64,000 bases of DNA. Source: Balamuthia mandrillaris (taxonomy: Eukaryota). Under the pieces are notes generated by a model that did no database searches, had not been told where the DNA came from, and was given only the letters and a program-made list of their open reading frames with translations. The stretch lies in contig JAVKOQ020000011.1 in assembly GCA_031835245.2 (NCBI GenBank), positions 62,001-126,000 of the forward strand, in the 5' to 3' direction. Positions within the stretch are counted from its first letter, which is position 1. Each line of letters opens with the position of its first letter. This document shows, piece by piece, positions 45,449-56,110 of the stretch. Made by a program: the position numbers and the translations under genes.

Positions 45449-48153
45449 ATGAAAGAGGGACCCAAGGCCCTCTTCCATTATCGCCACAGGTTCCTCAGCC
45501 CATCTCCTCTTCTACTCCTTCTCCTTCTCTTTCCCTTTGCTTCTTTCTGCTTAGTGGAGCCATGGTATCAGTTCTATGGTGCCAAAGTTCGTTACGGGGT
45601 CACCGACGACGGCGATATTCGCCTCCGCATGCGTCCCGGCAACGGACAGCTCTTTGTGTACCCTTTTGGCGAAGCCGATGAGCCTTTCATCAAGGACGCT
45701 CAGCTGGGCACCTTAAGCTCTTATCCTGGCGCTTTTCCCGGTGGTAACGATGGCTTCTTCCTGCAAGGAGACAACGTTATCGTTCATACGACCCTGAAGG
45801 AAGACAACACGAGTGCCGTTCGGCGATGGTGGTACAGTGATGCCGAGAACTCGCTGATCTCTTCGGGGTCGGCCAAACCGATGAGCTCCCACTATGATGT
45901 TTGGCATGTAAGAGGAGACCTCTTTTTCTTTAGTGACAGGCTTGCAAAGCCCTCTAGAGCCGGCCAAGAGTGGTACTTGATTGATATGCTGGAGTGGGCT
46001 GTTACCAAGTGAGTTCTTTCTCTTTCTTCTTGTGTTTTATTTAACGTTTCCTGCCTGCTTTGTTCTTCATTTCTCTTTGTTAACAACAACAAACAATCAT
46101 AACAACAAAACCAAGGATTACACGACAAGAACTAGCCAACGTTGCCAATCCAACGCTGAATGCCGTGTCAGCCAGCATCCAAGTCATTCAATACCAAGGT
46201 TTCTTCTTCGATCCACGTCCTGGTGACCACTCCAGCCATGTCATCCTCCTCTTCTCTCGCAGCTGGTCCAACGGCGGAATGGACTTTCTCTTCTATGACG
46301 CGAGTGGGTCTATAAACAGCCCCACCCTTGCAGACACGGACACATTCAAAGATGGTCTAAAGCAGGCGCCAGTCTTTATGCAGTTGCTAGACCGAACCGA
46401 CGTGCTCTACTGTCGTGCTGCTGATGGCACTCACTGGTACACTCGCATCACGCTCCCGCAAGAGCAAAGGCAAGTAGGGAACAAGGCCTGGAAGCGCCTG
46501 CCTGCTCCCTCCCAAACACAAAACACCCTCGTGATAGTGGACGAACAGGTTGGACAACAGAGTCCCCTTTTGACCTCTCCCTACGAAGGAGCCAATGTTG
46601 AGTTTTGCATTTTGTACAAGTTGCAAAGAACAGACGGCTATCGGGATTTCCAGATGGGGTGCGTCTCCCAGATGGACGTGGCTTCTCCCCTCTGGAGCTT
46701 TCTGGACAACGTGGCGGAGCCGTTGTTGGAAGCTGCGCCCAAAAACGCTTATCATGTCTACTTAGAGAGAAGAAACAGGGAGTGGTTGATGATAATGAGG
46801 ATGTGGTATCTTCCGGAGGGCATCACTGGACCTATCTTCAAGATGTATTCCTCGGAGGAGCCATTTCATTGCGTGACGGCGCCAGAGTGTGCTGTTGGAT
46901 GTTCCAGAAGTAGTTGTTTGTGTTGTCCCATCAATCATTACAGGTTTGTTTATCGTCTTCCACTCTCTTCTGACTTCCACTTTTTTTCTTCCCTTCTTCT
47001 TGTGAGCTACTTTCTCAAATGTCGAAAACTAATATAAACAAAACAGATGTTCGGACGGCACATGCAAGCTCAAGTGTTCAGCTGTCGCTCCTGCAACTTC
47101 CTTCCACTGCCCCAATGGACGTTGCTATGCTCCTGACCAAGTGGAGGAATGTGGATGTATTCTTCCTGATTCCACCACAAACGAACGAGGCTTTCCATGC
47201 TTCGACCGAACCTGCGTCCGAGACAAGTACTCCTGCTCTCCTGCTCCCATCGCCACCGTCGTTCCTTTGGTCGAAGCTACCATCGAACCAGGCTCAGAAC
47301 CAGGAGTTACAGAGTTGGGCGTAAAGGATAAAAACGGTAAGACGTTGGGAACAGTAACGGTGACAACAAACACCACCACCAAGATTGTTATCAAGAGCCC
47401 CAACAAAAAGGAGAAGCAGCACGTGCAGAACGAGGCTGTTCCGTCTGACCAGACCATTGTCACCGCTATGTTGGAATTTGCAATCGAAAGTACTTACTTT
47501 TTCTCTTAATTTTTTCTTATAACTTATTTACTTGATATTGTTGTCCTTCAAAGGCCCCGAGGGAGAAGACGGACCAACGTCCATTGAACTGGAACTGAAC
47601 CTTCCAAACTCGGTAACTTGCTGCTTTCCTTACTTCCCTTTCTCCTTCTTCATCATTTGCCCAGATGTCTTAAAAAAAATACGAACACGAACAGGTGGAA
47701 CCAAATGCAACTTCTCCTTTGGTCCATGTACTCAAGGACAATTCGCAGGTCATCAGTGTAGATAGCGATGAAGAAGCGGATGGTGAAGAAGACGAAGGAG
47801 ATCCCCAAAAGACTCCCAAAGTAACCTACACCATCGTGTTCCATAACAACAAAGCCAAAGGAAAGCTTCTGGTGGAATCTCCGCCTTCGCGGGGAGTGTA
47901 CACGGTGCTCATGGGTGGAGACTTTCGAAGAGGAAAGGAAGAAGAGGTGGAAGGGGGAGAAAGCGACGACATTGTTCCCGGGTTGGGTGCTTCTTTGGGC
48001 GCTGTGGCCGCTGTGGTTATCATCGTCGCCTTGGCCGCGGGCTTTGCAATCAAGTATCGACGAAGGAAGAAGTTCTTGAGCACGTTGAGAAGCAAGCTCC
48101 GCGCCACGGAGACCAACCCGCCAGAGCCCGTTGTGCAAATGCAATGGTCCTGA
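45449..48153 (+). CDS. Orphan type-I membrane protein with Cys-rich segment
   Basis: Signal-like '[14 protein letters not shown]', a beta-rich ectodomain, Cys-rich exons (46861-47240), a TM helix 'LGASLGAVAAVVIIVALAAGFAI' followed by KYRRRKK, and GT-AG introns. Confidence 0.7.
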
Positions 48154-48311
48154 AGGAAAGTCCTCCTTTTTACGGTTTTCTCTGTTGAGCGACAATCGTT
48201 TATTTTTATTGTATTTATTTTATATTTATTTGTTCATGTATCAACAATTTTTTTTATTCAACCTACATTCGCATTACTCCACTATGGCGTGTGCCTTTTT
48301 CTTTTGCTTTT

Positions 48312-48370
<59 letters not shown>

Positions 48371-48664
48371 TTCCCTCTCTCTCTCTCTGTTTTTTCGAGT
48401 CGACATGAAGGCTAACGGCCAAAAAGAAAAATAAAATTCCGTTGAAGAAAAAGAAAAAGAAAAAGAAAGATTTGACGGAAAGGAAAAGCCTCCTGTCCTC
48501 CTCTTGCTCGCTTCAGGAAAGAAGAAGAAGAAGAAGGAAAAGCAGGAAGGAAGAGGAAACGAAAGGAAAAAAAGAGGTATTTTTTTTTGTAACTTTATTG
48601 GATTTTTGATGATAATCATCACGAAAATTTTTTTAAAAAAAAGCGAACGCATGAGTGAAACGCG

Positions 48665-50718
48665 ATGACGATCAACGACGACCAGTTTGGAAGAGCGCCG
48701 CCGTCATGTCCTGAGGCGTGGCACTGGATGGGCTATCCCAGCGTGGTGTTTGTCTACATCTTGATGGCGATGACGAGCCTCGTGTTCTGCCTCATCGCCG
48801 CCATCAAGTACAACAGCGTCAAAGTGTTCAACCGGTCCATTCGCACCGAAAACATTTCCAACACCATGTGGATCCTTTTTTATGTATTTATTGCCTTGAG
48901 GTTCGCTCTTCCTCCTCCACTTTGTTGCTCTTCTTGTCCGCTAGTTCTCCCTTCTTGTGTTGTTCTTCTCCTTCTTCTCTTCTTCTGCTTCTGCTTGTTC
49001 TTCTTCTTCTTCTCCTTCTTCTTGTTCTTCTTCTTGTTCTTCTTGTTCTTCGTTCTTCTTCTTCTTCTTCTTCTTCTTCTTCTTCTTCTTCATCTTGTTC
49101 TTGTTCTTGTTCTTGTTCTTGTTCTTGTTCTTCTTGTTCTTCTTGTTCTTCTTCTTCTTCTTCTTCTTCTTCTTCTTCTTCTTCTTCTTCTTCTTCTTCT
49201 TCATCTTGTTCTTGTTCTTGTTCTTCTTGTTCTTCTTGTTCTTCTTCTTCTTCTTCTTCTTCTTCTTCTTCTTCTTCTTCTTCTTCTTCTTCTTCTTCTT
49301 CTTCTTCTTCTTCTTCTTGTGTTTGTTGCTTCTTCTTGTTCTTCTTGTTCTTCTTCTGCTCTCCTCTCTATTCTTGTCGCTTCTTTCTGTCAATCTGGTC
49401 TTTTGGTATACCTTGTTTCTGCTCCCATCTAAAGTCGTTTGTTTTGGCAAAAACATAATAGGGCAGCGAGCAATGCAGTGCGGTATGCGTTGGATAGACA
49501 TTCGGACGAGTATCTTGATACCTACTTTGTGTACTCCTCAATAGTGCTATACGGTGTTACTGCTTTGTCCCTTTGCTTTGCTCTTAATCATCAGCGAAAA
49601 CATCGTTCTACTGGTACATTTGCATTCTATCATTCTTGTGGTTCCTTTCTATCTTTCTCTGAGTTTCATTAACTCTTCTCAACAACAGCACCCGCGCCAC
49701 CTCAGCGGACACCTGTGAACGAAGAGGGAAGAGGTGAGGAATAGGTTTTAATTTGTATTCACTGCTCTCCTCATTTCCTAATTTCTCGTGTTTTTTAATC
49801 CCACAGAGACGGATCCGCTTCTAACACGTTACGGACGGATACGAAAAACTGTTGGTTGGAGTGAACTCATCTTCATCTTGCTTTTCTTGCTTTACATTGC
49901 TTTTCTCATTCTGTTCATCGTCAAGTAAGCAAAGAAAAACACTCTCCTTCTTCTTATTATTGAGAACGTTCCTCTTCCTCTTCTGATTTTGCCCTTTAAC
50001 TAACAAAACGTTTTTAATACCAAATAAGAAATGGTGGAAGTGATAAAGACCACAGACTTTGGTTGATACTGTTTATAGTAGCATTTGCGTTGCAGCGTGC
50101 ACCTATCGTCATCTTGGTGCTCATCATTGTGTTGCAACACTCCTCTCTCTTCCAAAAAGGTTTCTTATTTCTCGCTTTCTCGTTTGGTTATCCCTCGTTC
50201 TGTTTTCCGAGAACTAACTGGTCGTGTTCCAGCTGGAACTCAAGACGGGCCAACGCTGAAGAGTAAAATTTATCTCGTCGTTGCTGCCGTTCTTAATCTT
50301 GCAAACGACCTTCCATTGCCTGTTTGGGCTAAGATCTTGCCTGGTTTGTTTTTATCCTCTTTGTCGTTCTCTTCCTCTTGTGTTCACTTCTCTTCCGTTT
50401 AAGATTCTTCAGTTTTTAAGTATTAACGAAACCGCTAAAACGAATGCAGACAACTGTATCTTCTGGATTGGAAGTTATGTGGACCTGATCCATATCATTT
50501 ATTTCATCTCTCTCCTCTTCTTCTTTTTATTTATTCGTTCAGAGTATCTCCGCAACATGGAGGAATGCATTTGGACGACCGTCAGTCAAATCCAGGTTGG
50601 TCAAACATGTTTTTTGCTTGCCAGTTTTTTTTTCTGTTTCTTTTTGCTCTTCTCTAACCATTCCTTCCAACAAAACAAAACAAAAAAACAGGATACTTTT
50701 AACTTTAGACGATTTTAA
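48665..50718 (+). CDS. Orphan seven-transmembrane (GPCR-like) protein
   Basis: The spliced product shows seven hydrophobic segments (SVVFVYILMA.., MWILFYVFIAL.., YFVYSSIVLY.., LIFILLFLLYIAFL.., LILFIVAFAL.., IYLVVAAVL.., LIHIIYFISLLFFFLFI). It ends DTFNFRRF-TAA. Confidence 0.75.
48963..49356. repeat. Compound (TTC)n/(TTGTTC)n microsatellite in intron 1 of the 7TM gene
   Basis: Directly visible; the same repeat family as 14607-15226 in reverse orientation. Confidence 0.97.
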
Positions 50719-51032
50719 CCTATGCATAATAACACCATCTTTTCACCCTATTTATTTTATCTGCTTGTTCTCCTTCTTCTTCTTCTTGTTCTTCTTCTTC
50801 TTCTTCTTCTTCTTTTGTTTTTTTGTTGTTATTCTTTTTTCCTCCAAAACAACCCTCCCAGAGAGGAGAGAGTACAAGAGAGAGGACAACGAGCACTTAG
50901 TTGACGTCATTTCCCGCCAAAATTTTGCCCCAGTTTTTTTTTGTAACGAAAAAAGAGTAGCAGGAAGGGCACCATTTTTTTTTTTTTTTTTGAATAGGGA
51001 GGGGGAAAAAAAAACAAAAGAAGAGAAACATA

Positions 51033-51263
51033 ATGGCAACCAACACCACCACCACCAACACCAACACGATGTTTCCAACGGCCACCAACGACAGGACGGC
51101 GGAGCTGGAAGTGGACGAGCGGATCACGGTGGAGCAGTACTTGAACCGGCTGCTGGAGGTCTACGCGCAGCGGCTGATGCGGCACGCCGAGCAGCGGACC
51201 CAGGAGTTCAAAGAGCAAGCCGCGCGGGCCAGGCTGGAAATCGTCCAGGCCTTTGAGTCCTGA
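51033..51263 (+). CDS. Small helical hypothetical protein, 76 aa
   Basis: Intronless ORF with GC3-rich codons, 'ITVEQYLNRLLEVYAQRLMRHAEQRTQEFKEQA'. Confidence 0.7.
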   Translation: MATNTTTTNTNTMFPTATNDRTAELEVDERITVEQYLNRLLEVYAQRLMRHAEQRTQEFKEQAARARLEIVQAFES

Positions 51264-51597
51264 GCACGCATAGACAGTGTCGCCTTCGAAGGGAGAACAA
51301 CGTGGGGATAGGGCGAGACGTTTTGGAGGAGCTTACTGCCCTTTTCTCATTAGGTTGGCGAAAAACAACGGCAAAAAAAGCTTTCAACATTGTGTACAAG
51401 TTTCAGTTTATTGTGAACCAAAGTCTTTCCTTGAGACAAGGGGAGTAACAGCTGGTCATGTAAAACAAAGAGATCTCTTTCTGACATTACAGTCTGCTTT
51501 TCGTCTCTCTGCTTCCCTCCCTCAAACACAAAGCGATGGAAGAACATTTAAAAAAAATGAGAGCATAGTGTTTGTTTTTAGACTATGAAAAGGGGGT

Positions 51598-51771
51598 GCA
51601 GGAGGGCGGCTAAGCGTCACCTCCCGCGAGCAAGCATAAATTATGCCGTCCAGACACCCTTTGGGGTGTTGGTTCGCAAGCCCTCATCCATACCAGCGTG
51701 CAATGGTAGGGAAGGTTCCGCAAAGAGCTCTCGGTTTGCTTGAGCCCGAGCGCTCCCGGCCAGGTAAGTAT
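51598..51771 (-). ncRNA. U1: U1 spliceosomal snRNA (~174 nt)
   Basis: The minus strand begins AUACUUACCUGG. It shows a closing helix GCCG/CGGC, SL1 stem GAGCGCUCGG/CCGAGAGCUC, SL2 loop AUUGCAC, SL3 ACACCC-CAAA-GGGUGU, Sm site AAUUUAUG and terminal stem GCGGGAGG/CCUCCUGC. Confidence 0.95.
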
Positions 51772-51801
51772 GAGTTTTTTGTCCGTGCGGGTTGCCGCCA
51801 A

Positions 51802-51837
51802 TTTATAGGGCGTCCCCTGTGGACACCATTCTGGGAC
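51802..51837 (-). promoter_or_regulatory. U1 promoter: TATAAA (-36..-31) and upstream element TCCCAGAA (-65..-58)
   Basis: Both motifs are read on the minus strand upstream of 51771. TCCCAGAA resembles the Dictyostelium upstream sequence element in sequence and spacing. Confidence 0.65.
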
Positions 51838-52001
51838 GGCTGAGTTCTGGTCTTGTTCTCTCGGTTCCTATGAGTATATGTATCATAGGTTGGTTAAAAT
51901 TTCACTGTGTGTTAATGGGATATTAGGTTGTTGCAGTATATACCAAAAAAGGTATTTGGAAATAAATAAAAGAAAGCAAAAATAAAAATAAAAAGAAGAC
52001 G

Positions 52002-53219
52002 ATGAAGAAGAGCCTCTTGCCCCTCGCTCCTCGCCAGAGGCATGCCCTCAGCGCTGGGGCCTTTCGGACTCCATCCTCCCCTTTGGTCGTTTCCCGTCTC
52101 GGTTTCCTCAACTTGATCGCCCCTGCTTCTTCCTCGTCTTCCCTTCGTTCACTCTCCGCACAACAAAATCCAAATCAAATGCGCCACTTTCACTCCGCCA
52201 TCCCCCCGCTTCGCGCCGACATCTTCGAGCAAGCCTCTGCCCAGGTGGAAGAGAGCATCGAGAAGTCAAAGAGAGAGCTGAAGCAGGAGCAACAAAAGCT
52301 GGCCAAGCAGGAGCGCAAGAGGCTGCAGCGAGAGCAGGAGGCGGAGAGCAAGAGCGCAAGGGTCAAGAGAGAAAATCTGCCGGCCGGCCGCAAGAAGCTC
52401 AAGCCCTTGTTGGACCAGATCAGGGGGCTCGCCTACAGCGAGGCCGTCCTGCAGCTCCAGTTTAGCCCGTTGAAGATCGCGAAGAGCGTGCTGAGCACCG
52501 TGGAGGCCGCTCGCCTCAAAGCGGAGAAAAGATTTGGGCTGAACCCTGACCGCCTCGTCCTTGGTTCTTTTTAGCCCTTCTCCTTCTCCTTCTCCTTCTC
52601 CTTCTCCTTCTCCTTCTCCTTCTCCTTCTCCTTCTCCTTCTCCTTCTCCTTCCTCCTTCTCCTTCTCCTTCTCCTTCTCCTTCTCCTTCTCCTTCTCCTT
52701 CTCCTTCTCCTTCTCCTTTCTGTCTTCTTTCTTGTGCCTCTTTTCTTGGCGTTTCTCACCTCATTATCTCTCTTCTTTGTAGATGAGATCTTCTTGACAA
52801 AAGGTCCACTGGGTCACAAGAAGCTTGACATCAAAGGACGCATGAGGCGAGGCATCATCCAGCAGCAAACCAGCCACCTCACAGTAAACCTCAAGGAGGT
52901 GCCCTACCAGCCAGGCGAGCGCAAGCTGGGCCGTTGGGCTCGTGGCGTCAACAAACTGGAGCGCCTCTCCTGGAGGAAGCGTTTGGAGGCTGCCGCTCAG
53001 GCCTTGAACAAGTCTCCCCTCTATCTCACCGTGAGAGAGGTGCGACAGTGGGAGAAGGACCAAGGAATGGAGCTGCCTGTCTTGAGAAAGTATCGTTACC
53101 TTGAGGACGCTTCTTCGTCTGCCGAGAAAGAGGAGAGCAAAAAGAAGAAGCAGAGCATTGTGTCCGGTGATGATATTCTTTGGAGAGATCCCTTCTTGTC
53201 GGCTCATTCGAGACGATAA
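52002..53219 (+). CDS. MRPL22: Mitochondrial ribosomal protein uL22m
   Basis: Arg/Ser/Leu-rich presequence, then 'KKLKPLLDQIRGL...AVLQLQFSP...' and 'KG..HKKLDIKGRMRRGII...SHLTVNLKE'. One intron, ~52565-52781. Confidence 0.88.
52576..52717. repeat. (CCTTCT)n hexamer repeat in uL22m intron
   Basis: Directly visible. Confidence 0.95.
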
Positions 53220-53261
53220 AAAGAAATGTTATGTTCTTCTTCGACGAGTTTATAAAAGAGT

Positions 53262-54007
53262 TTAGAGCGAGATGCAGATAGTCTTTTGTTCAGAGTAAAA
53301 GTCGAGCGAATGAGTGCCGCCTTCTCTTCCAACCCCTGAATGCTTCATTCCCCCAAATGGTACTCTCAAGTCCCGCTTTTGTTTTTGAGCGCTTTGTTTC
53401 AGTACAAGAGAGCACAAGAATAAAGAGAGAAAGAGAGAGAGAAAGAGAGAGAAACCTTGAGCCAAGTGTTGACCCAAACGGTGCCAGCTTTGAGGGCTTG
53501 ACCAACGCGATGAGCACGTTTCACATTCTCGGTCCATAGAGAGGCAGAAAGGCCGTAACGAACGCCGTTTGCCATCTCTATGACCTCTTCCTCTGAGTCG
53601 AATGGCGTGATAGTGACCACCGGCCCAAAGATCTCTTCTTGTTGAACTCTGCAGGTTGGTGGCAATCCTGTTATTACTGTCGGTCGAAGGAAGTAGCCGC
53701 CTGATAGCTCTATTGTTAACAAGAAAAAAGGTGGAGGTAAGCGAACACAATAAAAACAAAGAGAGAGAGAGAGAGAGAGAGAGAGAAGTGAGAACGAAAT
53801 AAGAAGAACAGAGAAAAGCTTACCTCCATCAACAGAAGGTGGCTGCCCACCGGCTTCGATGGCACCTCCCTCCTCTTTGGCAAGTTCAATATAATACTGC
53901 ACCTTGGCAAGATGTTCTTTGCTTATCAAAGCTCCCAAGTTCGTCTTTGGGTCTTTTGGATCTCCCACCTTTTGAGTACTCCAAAAGTTACATCTTTTCT
54001 TCTCACC

Positions 54008-54047
<40 letters not shown>

Positions 54048-55307
54048 CTTCCTTCGCTCTTCTCTCCTCAGTGTTTCTTGTTGGTTGTTTTTTACGTACC
54101 ACCAATTTTTCTGTCTCCTGAATGAACTTTTCTTTAAACTCTTCGTAGATTGGTCGCTGCACAAAGATGCGAGATCCACACAAACAAATCTCTCCTTGGT
54201 TTGCAAAGCTGGAGCGAATACTAGTAGGGACACATTGGGTGAGGTCTGCATCCGCAAAGATGATGTTGGGATTCTTTCCTCCCAACTCCAGAGAGAGTTT
54301 CTTGTAATGGGGCGCACTGTCCTTGATGATTTGCTCTGCAGTCGCAGTCCCTGTATCGTGTTTGTTAGTGTTGTTATGTGTGGTTTGTGGTGACCAACAA
54401 AGAGGAAAAAAGAACGGACAACAAAGAGAGAGAGAGAGAAAGAGAAGCGGAGAAGAGAAAAAAAGACAACCTCCAGTGAAGGAAATGAGAGGAACATCAG
54501 GATGGCGAACGAGAGCAGCGCCAGCGGTGGGTCCACGCCCAAAAACAAAGTTGCAAACACCATCAGGGACGCCAGCGTCCACCATTACCTTGGCAAGCAT
54601 CCACGCCGTCACTGATGTAAGCTCCGAAGGTTTGGCCACAACTGTGTTGCCAACAGCCAACGCTGGCGCCACCTTCCACGTTAAGAGATATAGTGGTAGA
54701 TTCCTGTAATAAAAAAGATGTATGAGAAGCTGAGAAGAGAGGTGGGGAGAGATAAGCAGAGAAAGGAGGAGGAAGGGGAGGAGGAGGAGAGAGCAAAGGG
54801 AAAGAGAAGAAGCAGACTAGACAACAGGAAAGCACGTGGTTACCAAGGAGAAATCAATCCAGCAACGCCAACGGGCTCACGCACGGTGTAGTTCACGGCC
54901 CCCTCGATGGTGGTCGACATCTCCTCGTGGCTCAGTATGGCGCTGGCAAAGAACCTAAAGTTGGAGACGGCCCTTGGGATGTCCACCGCCCTGGCCAGCC
55001 CTACGGGCTTGCCCTGGTCCTGGGACTCCGCCCTGGCGAACTCCTCCAGCCGAGCCTCGATGAGGTCGGCCACCTTGTGGAGGAGGGCGGCCCTCCGTTC
55101 GGTCGACCAATCTTTGGCCCAGCCAGGGAAGGCCCCCTTGGCGCAGGCCACGGCTGCCTGGACGTCCTCCTCCTGGGAGTCCGGCACCAGGCAAAAGACC
55201 TCCCCTGTGGAGGGGTTGAAGCTGTCGAGGTACTTGCCCTGTGCAGGGGGTACGAACTGGCCGCCTATGAAGTTGTCCAGCCTCAGCAGATCACTTGGTG
55301 CTTCCAT
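53262..55307 (-). CDS. ALDH8A1: Aldehyde dehydrogenase, ALDH8A1/2-aminomuconate semialdehyde dehydrogenase-like
   Basis: Motifs 'ESQDQGKP..LARAVDIPRAVSNFRFFA', 'ISPW|NLPLYLLTWK', 'SLELGGKNP', catalytic 'NQGEICLCGSR', 'EEIFGPV' and 'RDLRVPFGGMKHSGVGREGG'. Confidence 0.9.
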
Positions 55308-55676
55308 CTCTTTTACTTTGTCTTCTCTGCTTCTCTTCTTTTTTTTTTGTGGATAACTTTTTCTGTTTGCCGAAAATTTCGGATATTTAACGAAAAATCG
55401 TAACTATTTCGAAATTTTCTGGCATTGAATGGGTTTGTTGGCAAAAGATCCAACTACGCCAAAAAAAGAAATCCGATGGAATATCGACAGAAACTACATA
55501 GAAATATGGCGGACAATCGAATACAAGTGAGATTAGACAAACAACCTTTTTTTTTTCTTCATTCCTTCTCCAATGCATTCCTTCTTTAAAAAAAAATAGT
55601 ATAAGACACAACAACGGCAAGCTTGGGTGCCACTACTGTTTCATAGCTTAAACATACATACAACACGCACGCAAAA

Positions 55677-56066
55677 ATGCAAGTCGTCATCCCGGAGAAC
55701 AGAGCCCGCCTGGGCGAACTCGGGGAGAAGTTCCTGGTGCAAGGACAACTCGTGAAAATGCGTCTCTGGGAGGAGGACCCCACCGACAAGCCCTCTACCC
55801 AAGGCATGCACCACCGCCCCTACGAGACGGTGGGGTACGTCCTCTCCGGGACGGCGGAGCTGAGGATTGGCGGGGCGCGAGTTACCCTCAGCAAGGGCGT
55901 TTCCTGGCTGGTGCCCGCCTACTCAGAGCACGAGTACATCATCAAAGAGGGTCCCTTCAAGGCGGTGGAGGTCATCTCGCAGGAGGGCGGGTACACCACC
56001 CCGGCCGAGGTGAGCAAGGAACAGAAGGAGGCTGCCGAGTTGAGAGGGAAGTCTCTGCTCAAGTAA
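55677..56066 (+). CDS. Small monocupin protein, intronless
   Basis: Cupin motifs 'MHHRPYETVGYVLSGTAELRIGG...LSKGVSWLVPAYSEHEY'. 129 aa. Confidence 0.85.
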   Translation: MQVVIPENRARLGELGEKFLVQGQLVKMRLWEEDPTDKPSTQGMHHRPYETVGYVLSGTAELRIGGARVTLSKGVSWLVPAYSEHEYIIKEGPFKAVEVISQEGGYTTPAEVSKEQKEAAELRGKSLLK

Positions 56067-56110
56067 AAATAAATACAAGAAATATGAAGAAAGAAACACA
56101 CCCTTTTGTT

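Noticed and set aside
51600..51850. Plus-strand GGGAAGGT motif suggestive of RNase P/MRP RNA
   Set aside because: The region is fully explained by U1 snRNA and its promoter on the minus strand.
55677..56066. Cupin as 3-hydroxyanthranilate dioxygenase clustered with ALDH8A1
   Set aside because: It is too short and lacks the HAAO signature (GGPN.R.DYH), so no kynurenine cluster can be claimed.
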